Source: Mobula hypostoma (lineage: Eukaryota). Taken from it: DNA of 64,000 nucleotides. The stretch lies in NCBI RefSeq assembly GCF_963921235.1, contig NC_086097.1, positions 23,934,001 through 23,998,000 of the forward strand, given 5' to 3'. A program made the position numbers and the translations under genes. The first letter of the stretch is position 1. Each line of letters opens with the position of its first letter. The notes below the pieces were generated by a model. The model had not been told where the DNA came from and ran no database searches. It saw nothing but the letters and a program-made list of their open reading frames with translations. This document shows positions 49,830-62,114 of this stretch, piece after piece.

Positions 49830-52250
49830 TGTAGAATGTCTGCTAGGTGGCTTTTTAGAACAGCTTGTTGTTGAGCCCACTAGGGGATCGGCTGTACTGG
49901 ATTGGGTATTGTGTAATGAACCGGAGGTGATTGGAGAGATTGAGGTGAAGGAACCCTTAGGAGACAGTGATCATAACATGACTGAGTTCACTGTGAAATT
50001 TGAAAAAAAGAAGCCGAAATCTGATGTGTCGGTATTTCAGTGGAGTAAAGGAAATTACAGTGGCATGAAAGAGGAACTGGCCAAAGTTGACTGGAAAGGG
50101 ACACTGGCGGGAAGGATGGCAGAGCAGCAGTGGCTGGAGTTTATGCGGAAGTGAGGAAGGTGCAAGACAGGTATATTCCAAAAAAGAAGAAATTTTCGAG
50201 TGGAAAAAGGATGCAACTATGGTTGACAAGAGAAGTCAAAGCCAAAGTTAAAGCAAAGGAGAGGGCATACAAGGAAGCAAAAATTAGTGGGAAGACAGAG
50301 GATTGGAAAGTTTTTAAAACCTTACAAAAGGAAACTAAGAAGGTCATTAAGAGGGAAAAGATTAACTATGAAAGGAAGTTAGCAAATAATATCAAAGAGG
50401 ATACTAAAATCTTTTTCAAGTATATAAAGAGTAAAAGACAGGTGAGAGTAGATATAGGACTGATAGAAAACGATGCTGGAGAAATTGTAATGGGAGCTAA
50501 GGAGATGGCAGAGGAACTGAACGAGTATTTTGCATCAGTCTTCACTGAGGAAGACATTAGCAGTATACCGGACATTCAAGGGTGGCAGGGAAGAGAAGTG
50601 TGCACAGTCACAATTACCACCGAGAAAGTACTCAGGAAGCTGAATAGTCTAAAGGTAGATAAATCTCCTGGACCGGATGGAATGCACCCGCGTGTTCTGA
50701 AGGAAGTAGCTGTGGAGATTGCGGAGGCATTAGCGATGATCTTTCAAAAGTCGATAGATTCTGGCATGGTTCCAGAGGACTGGAAGATTTCAAATGTCAC
50801 ACTGCTATTTAAGAAGGGGGCAAGGAAGCAAAAAGGAAATTATAGACCTGTTAGCTTGACATTGGTGGTTGGGAAGTTGTTGGAGTCGATTGTCAAGGAT
50901 GAGGTTACAGAGTACCTGGAGGCATATGACAAGACAGGCAGAACCCAGCATGGATTCCTTAAAGGAAAATCCTGCCTGACAAACCTATTACAATTTTTTG
51001 AGGAAATTACCAGCAGGCTAGACAAGGGAGATGCAGTGGATGTTGTTTATTTGGATTTTCAGAAGGCCTTTGACAAGGTGCCACACATGCGGCTACTTAA
51101 CAAGATAAAAGCCCATGGAACTACGGGAAAGTTACATACGTGGATAGAGTGTTGGCTGATTGGCAGGAAACAGAGAGTGAGAATAAAGGAATCCTATTCT
51201 GTTTAGCTGCCGGTTGCCAGTGGTGTTCCACAGGGGTCCGTGTTGGAGCCGCTTCTTTTTACATTGTACATCAACGATTTGGATTATGGAACAGATGGCT
51301 TTGTGGTTAAGTTTGCTGACGATACGAAGATAGGTGGAGGGGCCGGTAGTGCTGAGGAAACGGAGAGTCTGCAGAGAGACTTGGATAGATTGGAAGAATG
51401 GGCAAAGGAGTGGCAAATGAAGTACAATGTTGGAAAGTGTATGGTTATGCACTTTGGCAGAAGTAATAAACGGGCAGACTATTATTTAAATGGGGAAAGA
51501 ATTCAAAGTTCTGAGATGCAACGGGACTTGGGAGTCCTCGTACAGGATACCCTTAAGGTTAACCTCCAGGTTGAGTCAGTAGTGAAGAAGGCGAATGCAA
51601 TGTTAGCATTCATTTCTAGAGGAATAGAGTATAGGAGCAGGGATGTGATGTTGAGGCTCTATAAGGCACTGGTGAGACCTTACTTGGAGTACTGTGGGCA
51701 GTTTTGGTCTCCTTATTTAAGAAAGGAGGTGCTGACGTTGGAGAGGGTACAGAGAAGATTCACTAGAATGATTCCGGGAATGAGAGGGTTAACATATGTG
51801 GAACGTTTGTCCGCTCTTGGACTGTATTCCTTGGAGTTTCGAAGAATGAGGGGGGACCTCATAGAATCATTTCGAATGTTGAAAGGCATGGACAGAGTGG
51901 ATGTGGCAAAGTTGTTTCCCCTGATGGAGGAGTCTAGTACGAGACGGCATGACTTAAGGATTGAAGGGCGCCCATTCGGAACAGAAATGCGAAGAAATTT
52001 TTTTAGTCAGAGGGTGATGAATCTATGGAATTCATTGCCACGGGCAGCAGTGGAGGACAAGTCATTGGGTGTATTTAAGGTAGAGATTGATAGGTATCTG
52101 TGTAGCCAGGGCATCAAAGGTTATGGTGAGAAGGTGGGGGAGTGGGACTAAATGGGAGAATGGATCAGCTCCTGATAAAATGGCAGAGCAGACTTGATGG
52201 GCCGAATGGCCGGCTTCTGCTCCTTTGTCTTATCTTATGGTCTTATGGTT

Positions 52251-53273
52251 TTAAATGTACCCAATGACTTGGCCTCCACAGCCGCTTGTGGCAACAAATT
52301 CCACAGATTTACCACACTCTGACTAAAGTAATTTCTCCGCATCTCAGTTCTAAAAGGGCGTCCTGCAATCCTGAAGCCATGACCTCTTGTCCTAGACTCC
52401 CCTACCATGGAAAATAACTTTGCCATATCTAATCTGTTCAGTCCTTTTAACTTTCTGAATGTTTCTATGAGATCCCCCCTCATTCTACTGAACTCCAGGG
52501 AATACAGCCCAAGAGCTGCCAGATGTTCCTCACATGGTGACTCTTTCATTCCTGGAATCATTCTCATGAATCTTCTCAAGAGTAAGAAATAAGGAGCCCA
52601 AAACTGCACACAATATTCCAAGTGTGGTCTCATGAGTGTCTTATAAAGCCTCAACTTCACATCCCTACTCTTATATAATATACCTCTAGAAGTGAATGCC
52701 AACATTGCATTCACCTTCTTCAGAACCAACTCAACCTGGAGTTTAACCTTCAGGGTACCCTGCACAAGAACTTCCAAGTCCCTTTCCATCTCTGCATTTT
52801 GAATTCTCTCCCCATCTAAATAATAGTCTGCCCATTTATTTCTTCCACCAAAGTGCATGACCATACACTTTTCAACATTGTATTTAATTTGCCACTTCTT
52901 TGACCATTCCCCTAAACTATCTAAGTCTCTCTGCAGGCTCTCTGTTTCCTCAACACTACCTGCTCCTCCACCTATCTTTGTATCATTGGCAAATTTAGCC
53001 ACAAATCCATTAATCCCATAGTCCAAATCATCGACATACATCATAAAAAGCAGCGGTCCCAACACCGACCCCAGTGAAACTCCACTGGTAACCGGCAGCC
53101 AGCCAGAATAGGATCCCTTTATTCCCACTCTCTGTTTTCTGCCTACCAACCAATGCTCCACCCGTGCTAGTAACTTGCCTGTAATTCCACGGTCTCCTAC
53201 CTTGCTGAGCAGCCTCATGTGCGGTACCTGAAAATCCAAGTACACCACATCTACTTCATCTCCTTTGTTTACC
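52251..53273 (-). mobile_element. 5'-truncated CR1 LINE RT fragment
   Basis: 337-aa ORF 52235..53248 [33 protein letters not shown], with small in-frame deletions. Confidence 0.93.
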
Positions 53274-54294
53274 CTGGATACTATGGAGGATGAAGATCCC
53301 CCCTCATTCTATGAGATCTCATGATGGAGCTGACTAACCGTTCAGTAGTCTTATAACAGTTGGAAGATGCCGCTCTTGAGCCTGGTGGTATGTACCTTCA
53401 GGCATTTTGTATCTTCTGCCCGAAAGGAGAGGGGAAAAGAGAGGTGACAAGGTTAGCAGAGTCTTTGATTATGTCCGCTGCCTAACTGAGGCAGCAAGAT
53501 GTATAGACACAGAGGAGAGTCTGGTGTCTGTAATGTGCTGAGTGAGTCCACAGCTCTCTGCAGTTTCTGCATTCTGAGCTTTGTACAATCACTATTACAA
53601 AATAATTGGATGGAATGACTCACTGATCTGGTTTTGTCGATGTTAGATAAGGGAGGAATGCTAGTCAAGACACTGGATGAACAACATGTTCTTTGCAATC
53701 TTTTATGTGATCGCTGAAATCCATTTGAACCATTGGACTGAGCGGATGATTTAATGCTTTGTCTGAAGTTTTGTACCAATGATTGTGTACCACAGGACTG
53801 TCAGCCCATATTTTGTTCACAGGTCCCCGAAAGATGAACAAGCAAGACTCTAAGTCAGGGCAAGCAAGGTGAATATGAGAGGGAAAATATTTTTTAGTTT
53901 AAGTTCTCAATAGACAAAAACAATGCCTTCAGTAAAATGTGTGCCCCTTACATCATGGAATCACTCACATGAATTCTAACATTCTAAGCCAGAGGTATTT
54001 TGTAAATGAAGTCACATCAACTTTCCCTGCGGACTACTTTGACTGTATGGTTGTATAAACCATGCATATCGCACCCATGGCAGTTCCAGTAATCTATTTG
54101 ATGTTATCAGGACAAACTGCTTCTCATGTGTCGAGTAAGTTGTCACTGTATATTTTTGCATGCAAGTCTTGAAATCCAGAACTGCAATTCTTCATGTCCT
54201 TTGTCATCATGTAACATTCCATATGGTTCAATACTCACAAAGATTATGAAGGCCATAATTTTCCAACAAAATCTGGTTAAACTGCATGTTCCTC

Positions 54295-54780
54295 CTATTC
54301 TATCTGCATAACCTCCGTCCTGATGGCATGAACATCAATTTCTCTAATTTCCAGTAATTTCTCCCCTTGGTTCCCTCCCCATTCTTCTCCCTTTTCCCAA
54401 TCTCCATTCCGATTATCCTTTCACCTCTTCTCTTCTCCTCCCCTGCTTTCATAATCTCCTTCTAGTTGTCCACGTCCTTCCCTTTATTCCATTGTCCACC
54501 ATCCTCTCCTATCAAATTCCTTCTCCTTCAGCCCTTTACCACTTCCATGCATCACCTTCCAGCTTCTTACATTATATCCTCCTCCCCCACCCACACACCT
54601 TCTCCCTCACCTGGACTCACTCGTCACTTGCCAGCTTGTACTCCTTCTCCTGCACCCCACACTCTTATTCCGGCTTCCGTTCCAGTACCGATGAAATGTT
54701 TCAGCCCAAAACATCAACTCTTTATTCCATAGATGCTGCCTGGCCTGCTGAGCTCCTGTACCATTTTGTGTATTCTGCTT
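54295..54780 (+). mobile_element. Penelope-like element 3' fragment
   Basis: NLRPDGMNINFSNFQ*, C/T-rich UTR, decayed hammerhead at 54682-54720. Confidence 0.78.
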
Positions 54781-55064
54781 AAGTACATGTTCTGGAACTG
54801 CAAAATACCATATCCATTGTGTTTAGTTGCCATCTAACTGCAAACCTGTTGGGAAGCCAAGTCCAACTTTTGTGGCTCACTCTTGCACCTCAAACTGGCC
54901 CCTGGAGCTTCCTGTGAATGTGTGCTTGGTCTTGGCTTCACTTCATGTTCAACATTTCCCTACTCATTCAGTTCGTACAGCACTGCCCCCTCCCTTTCTA
55001 TGTTGTGGACCCATAAACCTAAACTGAATCCAGGACTTGCAGCCAGAAACTTCCTTAAGGCTTT

Positions 55065-55360
55065 ATCCGGCTCCTCCTTTAGCCCTTTGCCTCTTCCACC
55101 CATCACCTCCCATCTTCTCACATCATTTCCTTTCATTCTCTGCTTCCCCCACCCACCTCCCTTCCCCTCTCACCTGGACTCACCTATTACCTGCTAGTTT
55201 GTGCTCTTCACCCTCTCCTGGCATCTTCATTTTGATTTCTGCCCTCTTCCTTTCCTGTGCTGATGAGGGGTCTCGGCCTAAAATGTCAACTGTTCTTTTC
55301 TCTCCAAGGTTGATGCCTCACTGGTTCAGTTTTTCCGCCATTTTGTATGTGGTGTGTGGG
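55065..55360 (+). mobile_element. Penelope-like element 3' fragment
   Basis: CTGATGA-GGGGTCTCGGCCT-AAAA-TGTC-AACTG at 55260-55292 (GAAA mutated). Confidence 0.75.
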
Positions 55361-56638
55361 CATTGATGAAGGTGCTCAGAGAGCTAACATAGATTCACTG
55401 GGCCAAATGGTCCCTCCTATGTCAAAGTACCTTGTACAAGTCAAAGGAAATGCATTATCAAAGTATATATATAAAATTGATTTTCTTGCAGGCATTTACA
55501 GGAAAATAAAGGAATACAATAGAATATATGAAAAACTTTGCACAAACAAAAATTGACCAACAACCAATGTAGAAAAGAAGGCAACTTTTGTAAATAGATA
55601 TACTGAAAATATGAGTTGTTGTCATTGAAACTGAGTCTGTAGGATATGGAATCAGTTCAGAGTTGAGGTGAGCGAAGTTATCCGTGCCGGTTCAGGAGCC
55701 TGAAGGTTGTAGGGTAATAACTGTTCCTGAACCTTGTGGTGTTAGATCTAAATCTCCTGAACCTCCAGCCTGATGGTAGTGGCGAGAAGAGATCATGGCC
55801 TAGGTGATGGGCGTCTTTGGTGATGGATGCTGCTTTCTTGTGGCAGTGCTCCACAATGATGTTTTGAACGGTGTCATGAGAAAAGAAGAGAGAAAATAAA
55901 CAAATTTACTCAGTGATATTTTAGTCACACTTTAACCAAATCAGAATCAGGTTTACTGTCACCGTTGTAAGATGTGAAATTTGTATTTTGTGGCAGCAGT
56001 ATAGTGATTAGGTTGTTTGTCCAATATTTAACTTTATAGTGACACAGAAAGGGCTGGTCATACAGAACTGGAATCAATGCTGAGAATTTGTGTTTTTTTT
56101 CTAAAACCACTGGTACAAAGGAAGACTCCCTCAGATTTTGCCATATGTTGTTCCAATACCATAGGAGCCAATAGAAAACTCCCGGATTCTTCTACAGTTT
56201 ATCTGCAAAAGCAGTTCTGATGACCTGACAAAAGAATCATCTGTTAATTAGCATGAGACTAGAAAATACATTAGACATTCATGGGAGTGAAAAGCAGGAG
56301 ATTTGCTGGGCATTTATTACAAGCATAAATTGACATAAAGTCAATGCATTCCTCGGCACTCTGAAATGGTTTGAATTAAGGGACACTTTAAAGGATATTA
56401 TTAGGTTTACAAATAAAAGGATTTGATGGAGAAGACGTGAAGAGCAGCAGTGCTGTGAGCTTCAGTTCAAACAGTCCCTCGGATATGACCATGCGTGGAA
56501 TGACCTACATCTCACAGTACACTGAAGATTGTTCAGCTGAGCATTCACAGTGTCAGGACTTAATGTCAGCAGTCTAGTGGGGAGAAAACAATTTGCGAGA
56601 AAGGATTAGCAAAGTGGAAGAAACAACAGCCATTTCTG

Positions 56639-56641
<3 letters not shown>

Positions 56642-56680
<39 letters not shown>
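56642..56680. repeat. (TG)n microsatellite
   Basis: Direct observation. Confidence 0.97.
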
Positions 56681-56682
<2 letters not shown>

Positions 56683-57152
56683 CTCTTACAGAAAGCGCTA
56701 TAGGGCTAGTACAGCAAACTCTTCACACCATTTAAAAAATTTCTTCCCCCAGGCATTTAACCTGATCAATCATTCTAGTTAGCCCCCACCCCACTCTCCT
56801 CTATCTGTTACGTCAGTCACTGCACTGCAGTGTAACCACTTTAAACCACTTTTTCTAATTATGTTTAATGTTGTAAATACAAGCTGGTATTTATGCATTT
56901 ATGCACATATTATTCCATACCTGTACTTTAGCCTCTAACTTATTTTGAGTGATTCTTTGTCCTTTTTATAGAGCCATAGAAATGTACAGCACAGAAGCAG
57001 GCCCTTTGGCCCATCTGGTGCATGCTGGATTATTAGACAGCCTACTCCCATTTCAAATTGTTCGTGTTGATACTTTTGTTGCGTGTCATACCAACACACT
57101 TTATCAAATTCTTAAGACATGTATCTGACAAATAAAGTTGATCCTGATCTCC

Positions 57153-57179
57153 TGTGTGTGTGTGTGTGTGTGTGTGTGT
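57153..57179. repeat. (TG)n microsatellite
   Basis: Direct observation. Confidence 0.97.
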
Positions 57180-57646
57180 TTAGAATTTATAGGTCAGGAG
57201 ATGATTTTAGAGAAAGAATCAGAATCAGGTTTAATATCACCAGCATATGTCGTGAAATTCATTCACTTTATGGTAGCAGTACAATGAAATACTGGAGAAG
57301 TAAATAAAGAGAAAAAAAACTGATTTGCAGTAAGTATATATCTGTCTATTAAATAGAAGTTAAAAATAAGTACTGCAAAAAAAAAAGAAGTAAAAAAAGT
57401 AATGGGGTAGTGTTCAGGGTTTCAATGTCCATTTAAAAATAGTATGGCAGAGGGGAAGAAACTGGTCCTGGATCATTTGAGTGTGTGTCCTCAGGCTTCT
57501 GTACCTGCTTCTCGATGGTAACAATGAGAAGGGGGCATGCCTTGAGTGGCAGGGAACGTCTATGATGGGTGCCACCTTCCAGAGGCACCGCTCCTTGAAG
57601 ATGTCTTGGATACTATGGAGGCTGGTACCCAGGATGGAGCTGATTA

Positions 57647-59960
57647 GGATAAGATAAGGATGCATAGAGTTGGGGGTGATGTATTAGCATGGATGGGGGA
57701 TTGGTTAACTAATAGAAAGCAGAGAGTTGGGATACCTGGGTGTTACTCTGGTTGGCAATCAGCAGTGAGTGGTGTGCCGCAGGGGTTGGTGCTGGGCCGG
57801 CGACTGTTGGCAATATACATTAATGATCTGGAAGAGGGGACTGAGTGTACTGTACCTAAGTTTGCTGATGATAATAAATTGAGTGGTAAAGCAAATTGTG
57901 CAGAAGATACAGAGAGTCTGCAGATATAGATAGTTTAAATGAGTGGGCAACGAGTACTGTGTAGGTAAATGGAAGGTCATCCACTTTAGAAGGAAAAATG
58001 AAAGAGCAAATTCTTATCAAATGGTAAAAAAAAATTGCAGCATGCTGATGTGCAGAGGGACTTGGGAGTCCTTGTGCATGAATCACAAAAGGTTGGTTTG
58101 CAGGTGCAGCGGGCTATCAAGAAGGCAAATGGAATGCCGGACTTAATTGCTAGAAGGTTTGAATTTAAGAGCAAGGAGGTTATGATGCAACTGTACAGGG
58201 TACTGGTGAGGCTGCACCTGGAGTACTGTGTGCAGTTCTGGTTTCCTTACTTGAAGAAGGATATACTGGCTTTGGAGGTGGTGCAGAGGAGGTTCACCAG
58301 GTTGATTCCAGAGATGAGGAGAGATTGAGTCGCATGGGACAGTACTCGCTGGAATTCAGAAGAATGAGAGATCTTATAAAATTATGAAAGGGGTAGATAA
58401 GATAGAGGCAGGAAAGTTGTTCCCAAATGTAGGTGAGACTAAAACTAGGGGACATAGCCTCAAAATTTGGATTTAACATAGAACATAGAAATTTACAGCA
58501 CATTGCAGGCCCTTCAGCCCACAATGTTGTGCCGACCATGTAACCTATTCTGGAGACTACCTAGAATTTCCCAAGTGCATAGCCCTCTATTTTCCTAAGC
58601 TCCATGTACCTATCTAAGAGTCCACTGCCGCCACCGGCAGTGCATTCCACACACCAACCACTTTCTGTGTGAAAAACCTACCCCTGACATCCCCTCAGTA
58701 CCTATTTCCAAGCACCTTAAAATTATGCCCCTTCATGTTAGTCATTTCAGCCCTGGGAAAGGGCCTCTGACTATCCACACAATCAATACCCTTCATCATC
58801 TTATACACCTCTATCAGGTCACCCCTCATCCTCCGTTCCTCCAAGGAGAAAAGACCTATTCTCATAAGGTATGCCCTCCAATCCAGGCAACATCCTTGTA
58901 AATCTCCTCTGTACACTCAATATAGTATCCACATCCTGCCTGTAGTGAGGTAACCAGAACTGAACACAGTACTCCACATGGGGTCTAACTAAGGTCTTAT
59001 ATAGCTGTAAAATTACCTCACGGCTCTTGAACACAATCCCACAGTTGATGAATACCAGAACACCATGTGCCTTCTTAACGACACAGTCAACCTGCGTGGC
59101 GGCTTTGAGTGTCCTATCGACATGGACACCAAGATCTCACAGATCCTCCATACTGCCAAGAATCTTACCATTGATGCTATATTCTGTCTTCAAATTGGAC
59201 CGACCAAAATGTACCTCTTCACACTTATCGAGGTTGAAGTCCATCTGCCACTTCTCAATCCAGTTCTGCATCCTATCAATGTCCCGCTGTAACCTTTGAC
59301 AACCCTGCGGACTATCCACAACATCCACAACCTTTGTGTCATCAGCAAACTGACTAACCAACCCTTCTAATTCTTCATCCAGGTTCATTTATAAAAATCA
59401 CAAAGAGTTGGGGTCCCAGAACAGATCTCTGTGGAACACCACTGGTCACTGACCTCCATGCAGAATATAACCATCTACAACCACCCATTGCCTTCTGTGT
59501 GCAAGCCAATTCTGGATCCACAAAGGAAGGTCTCCTTGGATCCCATGCCTCCTTACTTTCTGAAGGAGTCTTGCATGAGGAACCTTATCAAATGCCTTAC
59601 TGAATTCCATATACATTACATCCACTGTTCTACCTTCATCAATGTGTTTTGTTACATCCTCAAAGATGTTTTGTTACATCATCAAAAAAAATTTAGGACA
59701 GAGATGAGCAGGTACTGCTTTTTGCAGAGAGTGGTGAATCTGCGGAATTCTCTGCCTAATGAAGTAGCGGAGGCTACCTCAGTAAATATATTTAAGACAC
59801 GGTTGGATAGACTTTTGCATAGTAAGGAATTAAGGGTTATGGTGAAAAGGCAGGTAGGTGGAGATGAGTCCATGGCCAGATCAACCATGATCTTATTGAA
59901 TGGCGGAGCAGGCTCGATGGGCCAGATGGCTACTCCTGCTCCTATTTCTTACGTTCTTAC
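57647..59960 (+). mobile_element. 5'-truncated CR1 LINE inserted in a Rex/Babar copy and split by another CR1
   Basis: SGVPQGLVLG, KFADDNKL, LHLEYCVQFW; resumes at 59691 (FRTEMSRYCFLQRVVNL); GATTA at 57642-46 and 59961-65. Confidence 0.88.
58476..59690 (-). mobile_element. 5'-truncated CR1 LINE
   Basis: ORFs 58695..58916, 58819..59034 and 59137..59388 (QFADDTKV, RPHVEYCVQFW); ATTTA at 58471-75 and 59691-95. Confidence 0.9.
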
Positions 59961-62114
59961 GATTAATTTTACAAGTTTCTGCAACTTATTTCAATCTTGT
60001 GCAGTAGCACCCCTCTCCCATACAAGATGGTGATGCAGCCAGTCAGAACGCTCCTCGCGGTATACTTGTAGAAGTTTTCAAATGTTTTAGTTGACAAAGC
60101 AGATCTCCTAAACTCTGAATGAAATATAGAATGAAACATAGAACATAACAACACAGCACGAGCCCTTCAGCCCATGAGGTTGTGTGACCTTCTAATGTAC
60201 TCCAAATTTATTTTAATTCTTCTCTCCTACATTGCCCTGGCCTATCTAAAAGTTTCTTAAATGCCCGTAATGTATCTGATAGAGGGAGAGAGATCATAAA
60301 GAGGTTTGGAGATAAAAATCAGGATTTTAAAATTTGAAACATTGCTTGGACAAGAGGCTGTATAAACCTGCATGCGAAGCATTGGAGGACCTCAAATTTA
60401 TGGAGAATGTGAATAAGAAAGGCATGGCAAGGTAGCTGTTAGAATGCTCTGGAGGTAACCCAGGCACAGAGCTGAATATGAGACTCGAGTGAAGTTTGGA
60501 TGAGTTTGCAAAAGTGGAAATATCTGAAGCAAATGATAATAAAGGAATGAGGTTATGCATCACAGAACACTAATGTTTCAAAGCCAATTAAGTCTTCTTT
60601 CACCTTTGTAAGATAGGAAACACAGCAGTCAACTTTCACAGAGAGAGCAGCCACAATGCCAACAATCTGACATGACAGGTTGAGAATTTAGGGAGGGAAT
60701 TTGCCTACTCTTCTTCAAAGTCAAAGTAAATTTATTATCAAACTATGTGTATCTTATCATATACACCCTAAGAGTAATTTTCTTTCAGATATTTACAGGA
60801 AAATTAATACAATAGAATTTGTGAAAATTATCAATGTCTGATAATTGTATGATATTTCAGAGTCTGATGGTTGTGGGGTAATAACTGTTCTTGAACCTGC
60901 TGGTGTGGGGCCTGAGTCTTCTATAGATCCTCCCCAATGGTAGTCATGGGAAAAGAGTATGGCCTGAATGGTTGGGGGTCTTTGATAATGGATGGCATTT
61001 TCTTGCGGCAGCACTCCATGTAAATGTGATGAATGATGGGGAGGGCTTTGACTGTGATGGACCAAGCTGCAGTATTTTCCATTCTTGAGCACTAGTGTGT
61101 TTCCATATCAAACCATGAAGCAACCACTCTTCAGAATGGCACCACACAAGAGAACAGATGGGGTCTTGTTTTAACATCTTTTGGAAAGCAACAGATAAGG
61201 TTTAGTCCCTGTGTCCAGCTGCTTTTGTTTTACATACGCCTTTTTGAGCAGCCTCTGAAGAAACACTTCACATGGAAAGTTGCAGATAGTGGTGGTGGTT
61301 ACCCTGCAGATTTATCCAGGGATAATCTGAATGTTCACAAATATACAATTGAGAAACAAGCTGAGAATGGATTTAATTATGAGTATTTTATTTTGGTTGA
61401 TAATCATTCGATGTCAACAGCTGGAGTGGCATTATGCAGAGTGAGAAAAGAAGTCAATAATAGTTGGCAGTCTTATTGCCTTGTCCTTACTACCCAAGGA
61501 GAAAATAGAGTAAGAATTCATCTTTTTTCCTGCACAAAGTGAATATTGGGATCTGAAATTTCCTGCCAAGGGAGGTGATGAAGTTAGATACAATCATTAT
61601 GTTTAAGAGACATCGAGATGGGCACTCATTTTGGCAACACATAGAAGAATAAGGACCAAATGTGGGAAAATGGGAACTAGAATTAGAATTATAAAGTTTA
61701 TTATTGTCACAAGATGCAGTGAAAAACTTGTTTTGCATACTGTTCGTACAGATCAAATCGTTACGCAGTGCAGTGAGGTAAGATAAGGTAAAACAATAAC
61801 AGAATGCAGTATGAAGTGGAACAGCTACAGAGATGTTGTAGTGCAAGTGAGCAATAAAGTGCAAGAAGTGTAGATTGTGAGGTCAAGAGTTCATCTTATC
61901 GTAATAGGGGAACATTCCCTAGCCTTATAACAGCAGGGTAGAAGATGTCCTTGAGCCTGGTGGTACATACTTTCAGCCTTTTGTATCTCCTACATTGTGG
62001 GAGGGGAGAGAAGAGAGAATATCCATGGAGGGGAAGCAGGAAGTATATCCAGAGTCTATGGAGCGGAGGTTTCCTTGTGCTGTGCAACGTCCACAACTCC
62101 CTGCAGTTTCTTCA

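Larger units (their letters stand above)
48561..52250 (+). mobile_element. Long CR1 LINE: ORF1 SGNH/esterase remnant, ORF2 APE endonuclease and RT, disrupted
   Basis: VVLVHVGTNDI...FRFLDNW (ORF1); YLNARSIRNK, YRPPNS, VGDFN, LGDSDHN (APE); KSPGPDG, NYRPVSL, LDFQKAFDKVPH, KFADDTK (RT); (TCTTATGG)n tail; several stops and frameshifts. Confidence 0.96.

Noticed and set aside
50130..52151. 358-aa and 303-aa ORFs as host genes or an active LINE
   Set aside because: They are pieces of one CR1 ORF2 broken by stops, frameshifts and an insertion, and the element is 5'-truncated within ORF1.
54110..54134. Short plus-strand exon candidate ending CGA|GTAAGT
   Set aside because: Poor polypyrimidine tract and unrecognised peptide.
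61225..61542. 105-aa ORF in apparently unique sequence
   Set aside because: Non-ATG start, no splice support or recognisable domain, and it ends in a CR1 remnant.
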